Source: a virus
Virus record (IMG/VR): IMGVR_UViG_3300031910_000474
DNA length: 44,425 nucleotides
Direction: 5' to 3' (one strand)
Shown here: one piece after another, positions 1-7,592 of the stretch
Layout of the letters: every line of letters starts with the position of its first letter
Position numbering within the stretch: position 1 is the first letter of the stretch
Notes under the pieces: generated by a model
The model's database searches: none
What the model was told of the DNA's origin: nothing
What the model saw: only the letters and a program-made list of their open reading frames with translations
Program-made: the position numbers and the translations under genes

Positions 1-127
1 GCGCTGCTCGCGAAGGCGAAAGGAAACGCACGCTGATGAAGCGCACGGCGCGCATGAAGCACCGCTACGAAGCCGCAGAAATCGACGGTAAATGGTTTGT
101 GATCGATCTGCGTCTTCCCGACAAAGG
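1..127. repeat. Terminal direct repeat, left copy (identical to 44299..44425); circular-assembly overlap
   Basis: Direct comparison: bases 1-127 equal 44299-44425. A length of 127 is a common maximum assembler k-mer. The unique genome is therefore 44298 bp. Confidence 0.9.
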
Positions 128-239
128 TCCCGTGCTCGAGGAACGAAGCGAACGTGACGCCCGCGTCACCGCAGACATCTCGAACATTCTCGAAGGTTAC
201 GCACGTTGCTATCAGGATCATAAACATGGCGACGAGTGA
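36..239 (+). CDS. Hypothetical small protein (67 aa)
   Basis: ORF whose ATG overlaps the RecT stop (TGATG) once the genome is circularised. Sits between RecT and the exonuclease. Confidence 0.5.
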   Translation: MKRTARMKHRYEAAEIDGKWFVIDLRLPDKGPVLEERSERDARVTADISNILEGYARCYQDHKHGDE

Positions 240-870
240 ACTTCCGGCCTTCACTTTTGACGAGGCGAAGCACGAATACACTGTGAACGGCATGCGCGTT
301 CCCGGCTGCACGTCCATTCTGCACACTGGCGGGCTCGTGCCTCGCTTCTTCGTCGACAACGAATACCTCGAGCGGCGTTCGGCCCTCGGCAGGGAAGTGC
401 ACAAAGCCTGCCATCTGCACAACCTCGGCACGCTTGGCAGTTACGACAAAGCGGTGAAGCCGCACCTGCACGCGTGGATCGCCTTCAAAGAACAGAAGAA
501 ATTCGTGCCGCGCCTGAGTGAGCACCTGTGCGTTGCGTATGTAAACGGCATGGGATTCGGCATGCAACTCGACTGCGAGGGTTTGCTTGACGGAGAAGAA
601 GCGATCATTGACTACAAAATCGGCGAGGTGTACCCGCACCACGCGATACAAACCGCAGGCTATGCCGCGGGATTGCCGCATGCGAAATACACCACGCCGA
701 TGGCGCGGTTTCTGAAGCGCAAGCGTTTCGGCGTGCAGCTGCGGGAAACTGGCGTGCCGAAAATTGTGCCGTTTGATTTGCGAAGTGACTATGAGGCGTT
801 CGTGTCCGCGTTGTACGTGACCGCCTGGAAACGGCGGAACGAAAAATTTTACAGGGAGATGGAACGATGA
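226..870 (+). CDS. PD-(D/E)xK (RecB/Cas4-like) exonuclease, probable RecT partner
   Basis: Internal ATG at 226 (MATSELPAFTFDEAKHEY). Motifs HEY..G..VPGCTSIL, D..(x)..IIDYK (D/ExK) and QTAGYA (QxxxY). Adjacent to recT on the circular map. Confidence 0.7.
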   Translation: MATSELPAFTFDEAKHEYTVNGMRVPGCTSILHTGGLVPRFFVDNEYLERRSALGREVHKACHLHNLGTLGSYDKAVKPHLHAWIAFKEQKKFVPRLSEHLCVAYVNGMGFGMQLDCEGLLDGEEAIIDYKIGEVYPHHAIQTAGYAAGLPHAKYTTPMARFLKRKRFGVQLRETGVPKIVPFDLRSDYEAFVSALYVTAWKRRNEKFYREMER

Positions 871-1562
871 CGAAAAAGGCGATCCAGAAATATGAAGTGC
901 CCGAACGTCCGAAAGAGGCGCTGCTCGAGAAACGCACCGCGCCGATACTCAAACAGTGTCATGCATTCACGGCGATCACGAGCGAAGATCATTATCTTGC
1001 CGCAGGCGCTTTGATTCAGCGAATCGACGACGCGGCGAAATGGATTGAAGCGGTCGGGCGTCCGTTCGTACTCGGCCTCGACCGCATGCACAAGGCCGGC
1101 GTTGCTTGGCTGAAGAAGCAGACGGTGCCGCTTGCGGATCAGAAGTCGCGGCTGCTTTCCATGCGCATGTCGTGGAAAGCGATCGAAGAGAAGAAGCGCG
1201 AGGAAGCGGCGGCAAAGGTTGCCGAAGCATTGCGAAAGAAGCAGCAGCAGGAGCTCGGGAAGATGGCGCGCGCCGCCGAGAAGAAGGGCGACACGGAGCA
1301 GGCCGAGGTGCTGCGCGAGCAGGCTGCCGAAATGCCGCTGCCGTTCATTGATACGGGCGCGCAGATCATTCAGGAAGGGTTTTACGTTAAAGAACGCTGG
1401 GTGTTCGAAGTGACGGATCCCGACAAAGTGCCGCGTGAATTCTGCTCGCCGGACGACAAAAAGATCCGCGCTCACGTCGACGCTTACGGGCCGACCGCGA
1501 CGATCGCCGGGGTACAGATCAAAAAAGAAGTGAAGGAACATTCACGGAGCGTGGCGTCATGA
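867..1562 (+). CDS. Hypothetical protein with a K/E/A-rich coiled-coil centre (231 aa)
   Basis: ATGA overlap with the upstream stop; G/C-ending codons. Located in the recombination module. A Gam/gp157-like role is only a guess. Confidence 0.6.
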   Translation: MTKKAIQKYEVPERPKEALLEKRTAPILKQCHAFTAITSEDHYLAAGALIQRIDDAAKWIEAVGRPFVLGLDRMHKAGVAWLKKQTVPLADQKSRLLSMRMSWKAIEEKKREEAAAKVAEALRKKQQQELGKMARAAEKKGDTEQAEVLREQAAEMPLPFIDTGAQIIQEGFYVKERWVFEVTDPDKVPREFCSPDDKKIRAHVDAYGPTATIAGVQIKKEVKEHSRSVAS

Positions 1563-1858
1563 CCCCGGAGCAATTGTTTTCGACGATGACCGAGAAGCAG
1601 AAACTCGTGCTGATCCACGACGTGTTCAATTCCTTCACGCCGGGATTCAAAAAACTGCTGCTCGAGGAATTGCTGCCCGAGCCGACGGGGCCCGTGGACA
1701 TACAGATCACCTCGAATGATGACGCGGTGCGCGTGACATTCGATCGGCGCGTAGCCTGGCTGAACTTTCCGAAGCAGTACGCTTTGCAGTTCGGGAAGAT
1801 GCTCATGGAGCACGGCGGCGCGACGTTCGAAAAGGCGCAGAATCCGACCGAGAAGTAA
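1559..1858 (+). CDS. Hypothetical protein (99 aa)
   Basis: ATGA-coupled ORF with no recognisable motif. Confidence 0.55.
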   Translation: MTPEQLFSTMTEKQKLVLIHDVFNSFTPGFKKLLLEELLPEPTGPVDIQITSNDDAVRVTFDRRVAWLNFPKQYALQFGKMLMEHGGATFEKAQNPTEK

Positions 1859-1986
1859 TCCACACTTTCACACGTTTTCCACAGAGGCGTCACCTTGCAT
1901 TCATGGCCACACTGTGAAAGAGTCCGCATGCTCCGCTATCCGCGAGCATTGAGCCTGCGCCGACGGGCGCAGGCAAGGCAAGGGCG
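1859..1986. promoter_or_regulatory. Structured intergenic region upstream of the helicase gene
   Basis: 8-bp inverted repeat CTTTCACA (1865-1872) / TGTGAAAG (1913-1920). CCACA occurs three times. Hairpin ATGCTC-N10-GAGCAT at about 1927-1948. GC hairpin at 1953-1974 (9-bp stem, loop GACG) with no T-tract. Confidence 0.4.
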
Positions 1987-3288
1987 GTGCCCTCATACAT
2001 CGCCCTTTCCGCCCGTTATGAGGGGGTTTTCGAAGTGTCCCACGATGAAATATGGCCGAAAGACGCGCCCAAAGCAGACATAGAGCGCCTCTTTAATTTC
2101 GCAAAGCAACTCGGGCTCGACGAACTTCTCGCCGCGAAAATGCAGAAGGACGTCACTGCCGCCGAGAAAATCGTTGCCGCGCCGCTGCCCGAAGTACACC
2201 TGAAAGACATGCCGGAAGCGTGCCTAGTCGGAAGGCTCGGTGAAATCTGCGATACGCGCATGGCCGACCTGCCGCGTGCTTACGCATGGCCGACGCTGCT
2301 CGCGATCGGCTCGGCGTTTCTCGATGAACAGAACAGCAACCCGCCGACCATGCTTTATGTCGCGCTCGTCGGGCCCGTGCATTCCGGCAAAACTCAGGCT
2401 ATAGAACGCGCGGTGCACGTGCTCGGCCTCGAGAAACCGCAACTCATGCGTACTTACTCGGGCAGCGCCGAGCAATTGGTGCGCCGCCTCGGTGACGCCG
2501 ACGGAAACCCCCGGCTATTGTGGATCGACGAACTCGCGCACCTTTTTAAGAAGCAGCAGATCGATCGCGCTTCCTTTCCGCAGATCCTGAACGAAGCCTA
2601 TTACAACACCGCGTTTGAGGTGCTCATGGGGCACAAACAACGCGTCGACGTATCTGTCAAACTTTCCATGATCGGCGGCATCGTCGAGGAACTCTTTCAG
2701 GATTCCTTCGCAAAGGAAACCGTCGGCGGCCAGCATGATCGCTTTCTGTTCGGCTTGTGTCCAGGCGGGTTTAGGTTTGATTTCATGCCGCTCGATGGAC
2801 TGCACGAGAAATTCGACATCCGCCCCGTGAAAGTCGACCGCAGCGTCTGGGAAGCGAAGAAGGAATACCTCGAAAAACATCCTGAAATGAACCCGCGCAT
2901 TCTTGAAACCTCGATGCGCGGCACACTGATCGCCGCTGCCTTCAATGGCAATAAGGCGCTGAAAGGCTTTCAACTCGGCCCGGCCTTCGCCCTCGCCGAA
3001 TATCAAATGCGCATTCGCGAAATCCTGCAGCCTGAAAGCGGCGAAACCGTCGAAGGGCGCATGACAGGGCGCATTCTGAACTTTGTCAAACGCTACAAGG
3101 GCAAGTACGTTTCACGCCGCGAGGTGCTGCGTGCCACGCGCGCTTATGATCTCGGTGCCGTGCTTTGCGATCGCGTCGTGGCGGTGCTCAAAGCGAACGG
3201 CGATATTGAAGTCGTGAAGATCGGAAAGCAAACCGTCATGCGCTGGATTACCGACGCGGAAGAGGAACCCGATGACACCGAAAACTGA
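1987..3288 (+). CDS. P-loop NTPase, DUF3987-like phage replicative helicase or helicase loader
   Basis: Walker A VGPVHSGKT and Walker B LLWIDE; YAWPTLLAIGSAFL block. This is the maximal ORF (GTG 1987). An alternative start is GTG 2035, preceded by GAGGGGG. Confidence 0.6.
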   Translation: MPSYIALSARYEGVFEVSHDEIWPKDAPKADIERLFNFAKQLGLDELLAAKMQKDVTAAEKIVAAPLPEVHLKDMPEACLVGRLGEICDTRMADLPRAYAWPTLLAIGSAFLDEQNSNPPTMLYVALVGPVHSGKTQAIERAVHVLGLEKPQLMRTYSGSAEQLVRRLGDADGNPRLLWIDELAHLFKKQQIDRASFPQILNEAYYNTAFEVLMGHKQRVDVSVKLSMIGGIVEELFQDSFAKETVGGQHDRFLFGLCPGGFRFDFMPLDGLHEKFDIRPVKVDRSVWEAKKEYLEKHPEMNPRILETSMRGTLIAAAFNGNKALKGFQLGPAFALAEYQMRIREILQPESGETVEGRMTGRILNFVKRYKGKYVSRREVLRATRAYDLGAVLCDRVVAVLKANGDIEVVKIGKQTVMRWITDAEEEPDDTEN

Positions 3289-3511
3289 CCTGTCAGCAGC
3301 GTGCTTATATATGTGTGTAGGGGGGGGGGTAAAAAGCCTGCTGACAGATGCGCTGACAGTTGCTGACAGTTGCACAGATAAGGTATTTAAGTATGAATAC
3401 TTTAGGTTTTTTCTCACACACATATATAGGAAACGCGCTGACAGTTCGATTTTGGGCCTGAACTGTCAGCAGTTGTCCGGGGGGGGTTGCTGACAGTTGC
3501 CGGGGGCCTTT
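3289..3511. promoter_or_regulatory. Putative replication origin or operator array: seven CTGWCAG iterons, a 13-bp inverted repeat, an AT-rich core and two long G-tracts
   Basis: GCTGACAG(TT) at 3340, 3352, 3362, 3437 and 3489; the complement CTGTCAGC at 3290 and 3463. Inverted repeat TATATATGTGTGT (3306-3318) / ACACACATATATA (3416-3428). Palindrome AAGTATgaATACTT (3389-3402). G10 at 3320-3329 and G8 at 3479-3486. Confidence 0.6.
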
Positions 3512-3688
3512 ATGAACCTTCCTAAACCTATCGCCGAACCCTTCTGCCCATGGTGCCGCCGTACCGACCTGCCCCTGCACCGCCTTAAATTTCATGTCAA
3601 ATACTGCGACAAAGCACCGCAGCCGAGAGGAAAGAAAAACGCCCAGCGCCGCCTTCTCGAGGCAACCGGGAAAGGGAGCTCGCCATGA
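3512..3688 (+). CDS. Small zinc-ribbon-like protein (58 aa)
   Basis: ATG 3512; FCPWCRR...HVKYCDK (CxxC...HxxxxC); basic C-terminus. Confidence 0.55.
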   Translation: MNLPKPIAEPFCPWCRRTDLPLHRLKFHVKYCDKAPQPRGKKNAQRRLLEATGKGSSP

Positions 3689-3906
3689 CGGACAAAAAAA
3701 TCGTGATCGAAAGTGACGATGAAGCGTTCAAAAAACATATTGCACTCGTGTGCAAGGACCTGCTCGACTTCGTTATCGACCGCACACGCGGGCCGCTCGA
3801 GGCATTGATCGTGCTTCAGTGCGTGAAGAATGCTATTGCGCAGGAACACCAGATCGCCGAAGTGGATCTCCTGGACCTGCCCATGCCGACGGGAATGAAA
3901 CAGTGA
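3685..3906 (+). CDS. Hypothetical acidic protein (73 aa)
   Basis: ATGA-coupled ORF. Confidence 0.55.
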   Translation: MTDKKIVIESDDEAFKKHIALVCKDLLDFVIDRTRGPLEALIVLQCVKNAIAQEHQIAEVDLLDLPMPTGMKQ

Positions 3907-4085
3907 GCACACTAAATCAATTCGCGCTGCGCCGCATGCTTATCGACGCCGAAGAACAAGTCGCCGAGGTGCGCACACTGATCGCGTCCGCACCTGACGA
4001 TACGCGGGCACTCGTTGAAATCTGCGATGAAACGCAGCGCCAGATTCTGCGGCTCGAGAACGCGATCATTGAGGTATTTCGATGA
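3903..4085 (+). CDS. Hypothetical helical protein (60 aa)
   Basis: GTG 3903 in a GTGA overlap with the upstream stop. The upstream part of track ORF 3750..4085 is out-of-frame overlap. Confidence 0.5.
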   Translation: MSTLNQFALRRMLIDAEEQVAEVRTLIASAPDDTRALVEICDETQRQILRLENAIIEVFR

Positions 4086-4237
4086 GCTCGCGCTGGTTTG
4101 AACGCGGCACCGCCGCAGGAATTATTCTCGTGTGTCTTTCCGTGGCGCTTTGGCGCGCACGCAATCGGCGTTACTGCGATCGCGTGTGTCCGCTCGGTCA
4201 TTGTGTGTGTGTCGAAACCTGTCCGACTGCGAGGTGA
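4082..4237 (+). CDS. Small membrane protein with a Cys-rich tail (51 aa; below the ORF-track cutoff)
   Basis: Hand translation MSSRWFERGTAAGIILVCLSVALWRARNRRYCDRVCPLGHCVCVETCPTAR. ATGA overlap with the upstream stop. It fills the gap before 4241. Confidence 0.45.
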   Translation: MSSRWFERGTAAGIILVCLSVALWRARNRRYCDRVCPLGHCVCVETCPTAR

Positions 4238-4240
4238 ACG

Positions 4241-4552
4241 ATGAACGATCATTTTATCGAAAGCGCCGTGAAATTCGACTGCGCGAAAATTTGGCTGGAT
4301 ATTCTCGGCACAGACTTTTCGCATCCGTGTTTCCGTTGCAATGAAATGCCGCACGAAGGCGATGTGTGGCGCGTCGAAACGATCGGCGGCGTCATTCGCG
4401 AAGGGCATTCACGCTGCTTCGCCGACATCGAGAAAACACATGCGCCGATGCTTTACGAAATCGTGCGCACCATTCCCGAAGCGGTGCGCAATATGTATCT
4501 CAGTCCACAGCAGATTCTCTGGCTTGCGGCGATCGAGGAAAAGAAATGCTGA
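4241..4552 (+). CDS. Hypothetical protein (103 aa)
   Basis: ORF with an ATG start; Cys/His scattered (CFRCNEMPHEG). Confidence 0.55.
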   Translation: MNDHFIESAVKFDCAKIWLDILGTDFSHPCFRCNEMPHEGDVWRVETIGGVIREGHSRCFADIEKTHAPMLYEIVRTIPEAVRNMYLSPQQILWLAAIEEKKC

Positions 4553-4743
4553 GTCCCACGCAACGGACCGAACTACGCAGTACGCTCGACGTGATGCGGG
4601 ATGCCGGACTGCTGTGCGGGGATGACGAACAGATCGCAGCAGTCGAAGGCGCGCTTGTGCGCGTGATCGATCTGTTCATCATGGAAACGTTGCTCGATGC
4701 GTTTGTAATTCTCGAGGTGAAACCGTGCGACCTATCGAAGTAA
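4546..4743 (+). CDS. Hypothetical protein (65 aa)
   Basis: Internal ATG 4546 (MLSPTQRTEL) overlapping the upstream stop. Confidence 0.5.
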   Translation: MLSPTQRTELRSTLDVMRDAGLLCGDDEQIAAVEGALVRVIDLFIMETLLDAFVILEVKPCDLSK

Positions 4744-4949
4744 CTCGCAAACAATTCGCCCGACTCTTGCGCAACGCAAAGCAGGCCGGCAACGACCGAA
4801 ACGTCACGAGCGAACGCAAACAGATCGCTCGGCAGGTGCGGCGCTGGATGCGACAGGTTGCATGGTCGCTCGACGACGCAGGTGATCGCGACGTCGTGCT
4901 CGACTGTGCGGAAGCGATCTACAAAAGAATCCTGGAGAGCAAAGTGTGA
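4725..4949 (+). CDS. Hypothetical basic protein (74 aa)
   Basis: GTG-start ORF. Confidence 0.45.
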   Translation: MRPIEVTRKQFARLLRNAKQAGNDRNVTSERKQIARQVRRWMRQVAWSLDDAGDRDVVLDCAEAIYKRILESKV

Positions 4950-4974
4950 AACTCAGGAAACAGGGCAAACGCTG

Positions 4975-5271
4975 ATGGCCAAATGGATCGAAGTTAGCGC
5001 AGAGAGTGTGCCGAGCCGTTTACGCGACGGCGTGCGCATCGGGAAGGATTTGCGCGTGTTCCGCAGCGGCATGCTGACCGTTTTCGTCGCGACCGAAGAG
5101 GGCCTGCTGCACCTGTCGATCTCGCATCCGCTGCGTTATCCCGAATGGAACGAGATCAAATCCGCTCGGTACGATCTGCTGCCGAACAATAAAACTTTCG
5201 CGCTGCTGCTTCCACCGATGGAAGAGTATGTGAATCTCCACAAGAATTGCTTTCACCTTCATGAAATCTGA
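4975..5271 (+). CDS. Hypothetical protein (98 aa)
   Basis: Internal ATG 4975 (MAKWIEVSAES); LHLSISHPLRYPEWNEI block. Confidence 0.55.
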   Translation: MAKWIEVSAESVPSRLRDGVRIGKDLRVFRSGMLTVFVATEEGLLHLSISHPLRYPEWNEIKSARYDLLPNNKTFALLLPPMEEYVNLHKNCFHLHEI

Positions 5272-5284
5272 AAGGGAAACGCCG

Positions 5285-5509
5285 ATGAAACGCCCGACGC
5301 TTTCGATCGAAGAAGCGACTATGGTGCTCGCGGCCATCGCGCATGATTCCACGCCGGAAGAACAGGACCGTGCGAACGCGCTGGCCAAAGTGGTCTACAC
5401 CGAACACTTCATGGACAAAGCGCCTGTGCGCGAGTTCGGCTTGTTCATTTTTTCCCTGCTGTGGGACTTTGCCGAGAATTGCGAACTGCTCGAGGTGAAA
5501 CCGGAATGA
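5285..5509 (+). CDS. Hypothetical protein (74 aa)
   Basis: ATG 5285 is preceded by GAAAGGGAAACGCCG, which resembles the leader box of the leftward operon. An alternative start is ATG 5261. Confidence 0.5.
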   Translation: MKRPTLSIEEATMVLAAIAHDSTPEEQDRANALAKVVYTEHFMDKAPVREFGLFIFSLLWDFAENCELLEVKPE

Positions 5510-5514
5510 ATCGC

Positions 5515-5543
5515 TTGACGCGCAATCGAACTCAGTGATAACA
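5515..5543 (+). promoter_or_regulatory. Candidate sigma70-like promoter
   Basis: TTGACG (5515-5520), about 16 nt, then GATAAC (5537-5542), upstream of an AGGAGG RBS and ATG 5585. The host is unknown, so this is weak. Confidence 0.3.
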
Positions 5544-5584
5544 GTTTGCTCGCAGTAAAACTTCCGCAATCAGGAGGAAGCCAA

Positions 5585-5917
5585 ATGATCAAACAGAAAA
5601 ATCAGCCTCTCGCTTTGCTCGTGATCTTTGCACTTTCGATGACTCCGCTGACGCTCGGGTTCGTTTCGTTCTACACGCACCCGTATCCTGCAGGCCCGTT
5701 CGGCGGCGGCGGCGGTGACGCGAAAATGAGCGGCTACGTGTGCGGCCCGATGTGCGACGGCATTGTCGCTTGGCTGATCGATCGCGGGCTGAATTACGTT
5801 GCCGACCATTGGAGTGATCCGAGCGGCTGCGCGACGGGCACGTGCGTCGGCAATGCCTCGATGGGCGGCGTGGGCAGTGCGGGTTCACTTGGCGGCGGCG
5901 GGGGAAATACCTTTTGA
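5585..5917 (+). CDS. Secreted or membrane-anchored Gly/Cys-rich small protein (110 aa)
   Basis: AGGAGG RBS. N-terminal hydrophobic helix LALLVIFALSMTPLTLGFVSF, then GGGGG tracts and 5 Cys. Confidence 0.6.
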   Translation: MIKQKNQPLALLVIFALSMTPLTLGFVSFYTHPYPAGPFGGGGGDAKMSGYVCGPMCDGIVAWLIDRGLNYVADHWSDPSGCATGTCVGNASMGGVGSAGSLGGGGGNTF

Positions 5918-6417
5918 GCGTAGCGAAACGGCTGATCGAAGCGGTACGCATCGGACGCTGGCGGCAGGCGGTGCACGTTATGCACGACAACGATTGCACC
6001 GACGGCGAAGGCGAATGGACGAACCCGATCGGCGTTGCGGGCGAACTGCAGTTCGAACTCGAAAGCGGCTACACAATGAATCGCACGCTCGATCATCGCG
6101 GCGATAGCGGCATTGATTTCAATTGTCCAGGCGGAACGGTCGACGTGAAATGCGTGCAGAAAAAGCCGCATCACCTGTTCATTGAAGTCGGCAAAGCGGT
6201 CGCAGATTATTTTGTGATGTATCGCTTTTTCAGTTTCACCGACGTGCGTTTCATCGGATGGTGCACACGAGCCGACGCATTGCGAGCTCCGCAGCGCGTC
6301 ACAAAAAAACTGAATTATGAGCCGAACTTCAGGCCGAGCCGCGCCGACCTGCTCGAACTGCTTCGCACTGTGACGAAGCGTGTTGACGAGCGGCCAGCGT
6401 CCGGCTTACTCTTCTGA
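5914..6417 (+). CDS. Putative PD-(D/E)xK-fold nuclease-like protein
   Basis: GVAGELQFE...GDSGIDF...TVDVKC (E / D / DxK spacing). The start is uncertain: TTG 5914 in a TTGA overlap, or ATG 5980. Confidence 0.45.
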   Translation: MSVAKRLIEAVRIGRWRQAVHVMHDNDCTDGEGEWTNPIGVAGELQFELESGYTMNRTLDHRGDSGIDFNCPGGTVDVKCVQKKPHHLFIEVGKAVADYFVMYRFFSFTDVRFIGWCTRADALRAPQRVTKKLNYEPNFRPSRADLLELLRTVTKRVDERPASGLLF

Positions 6418-6480
6418 GCCATCAGGTAGATCAGGCGCTCGCGCCTACAAGGCGCTGCAAGACCATTCGCGCAGAAATGG

Positions 6481-7050
6481 TTGTATCTCGTGGCAGGAGT
6501 AATTTACCTCCACAGAAGCGGCACGGAGAACCTCGTCTACATTGGACAGACGATGCGCTTCGAGGACCGCTGGGACGAACACGTTCTCGCGGCCTTTATC
6601 GGAAGCACAACGCCGTTCCATCAAGCGATCCGCCGCCTCGGGCCTTCTGATTTTTCCTGCGAGATACTCGCCGAAGCGAAAACGCGTGAGGAATTGAATC
6701 TCCTCGAGAAGCGTTTCATCGCCTACTACGACGCAACCGATCCAGCGAAAGGCTATAACGTCATGGTTGGCGGAACTTCTTCGCGAACATTGCGGCCAGA
6801 AGAAGCGATGGCTCCGCAAGGCATGCCGCTCGAGCAGGCATTGCCGCTCTACAATTGCTACGGCGAATTTATCGGGAAAATTCGAGTCCAACACGCACTG
6901 CAGATGCATGGCGTTTTTCTTCAGGTCCGCGCTCGAGGGACCGGGCGAAGACGTCACTTTACTTCCGCAAAACTTTACGCGCGCAGAACATGGCGATGGG
7001 AACCGAAAACCTCGGACGGTTTCATCGTGATGCAACTCGTGCGTGCATAG
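6481..7050 (+). CDS. GIY-YIG homing endonuclease (free-standing)
   Basis: GVIYLHRSG..LVYIGQT..F.DRWDEH...F..AIRRLG..F..EIL.E...EELN.LEKRFI..Y....GYN. The start is TTG 6481 or GTG 6490. Confidence 0.8.
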   Translation: MYLVAGVIYLHRSGTENLVYIGQTMRFEDRWDEHVLAAFIGSTTPFHQAIRRLGPSDFSCEILAEAKTREELNLLEKRFIAYYDATDPAKGYNVMVGGTSSRTLRPEEAMAPQGMPLEQALPLYNCYGEFIGKIRVQHALQMHGVFLQVRARGTGRRRHFTSAKLYARRTWRWEPKTSDGFIVMQLVRA

Positions 7051-7061
7051 GAGAAAAATAA

Positions 7062-7592
7062 ATGGCACCTCCGTTTGTAGTGGCAGCGAATCCGTCCACC
7101 TGGAACACGCTCGTCGGCGGGCAGGGCGGCCCGTCATTCGCCACAGGCCCGCAACCGTGCGCCGGATTTCAGGTCAGCGACATCACGCTTTCAAGCGCGC
7201 AGATTCTTGCAATTCAGACTGGCGCGATCACGCTGATTCCCGCGCCCGGCGTGACAGGCTGGTTTCTGAATATCGACAAGATCATCATGCGTCTGATCGC
7301 GGGCAGCGCGGCTTACACCGACGTGGGCGGCGCGGTTTCGTTCGCGGTCGGCGGCCTTTCGATGGCGCTCGCGTCGAATGCAATCTTCCTCGTGACGACC
7401 GCACCGAACCGCAGGCAGCAAGTCGTCGACTTCGCGGCGGCAGCTGCAGGCACAGGCGTCACGGGCACCGCAGCGAATCCGCCGACTGAAGACAACGCAG
7501 CGTTCCAGATCAGCAAAGCGACGAATAACTTTGCTGCCGGGAACGGCACGATGCACATCACGACGTACTACACGACCGAAGCGAGCCTCTAA
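7062..7592 (+). CDS. Stand-alone paralog of the tail-fibre C-terminal domain (176 aa)
   Basis: Residues from about 42 to 176 align with the last ~128 aa of the 24918..26264 product (LSSAQILA.QT...L..APGV, AYTD.GGAVSFA, ANAIFLVT..PNRR.QV, AANPP..DNAA..I.KATN.FAAGNGT). Confidence 0.7.
   Translation: MAPPFVVAANPSTWNTLVGGQGGPSFATGPQPCAGFQVSDITLSSAQILAIQTGAITLIPAPGVTGWFLNIDKIIMRLIAGSAAYTDVGGAVSFAVGGLSMALASNAIFLVTTAPNRRQQVVDFAAAAAGTGVTGTAANPPTEDNAAFQISKATNNFAAGNGTMHITTYYTTEASL

Noticed and set aside
1-127. The 127-bp identical ends as a biological direct terminal repeat or prophage att duplication.
   Set aside because: The length equals a standard assembler k-mer. The repeat also falls inside coding sequence (the recT 3' end and the next ORF) and reconstitutes an intact operon when circularised. 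No integrase or flanking host genes are present. A true short terminal repeat cannot be excluded without reads.
3289-3511. The repeat cluster as a CRISPR array.
   Set aside because: The repeats are only 8-10 bp, occur in both orientations, and have irregular 2-70 bp spacing. There are no cas genes. The pattern fits iterons or operators, not CRISPR.
6445-7137. The 230-aa minus-strand ORF opposite the GIY-YIG gene.
   Set aside because: The plus-strand frame carries an unambiguous GIY-YIG motif set. The antisense translation has no motif and looks like a shadow ORF.
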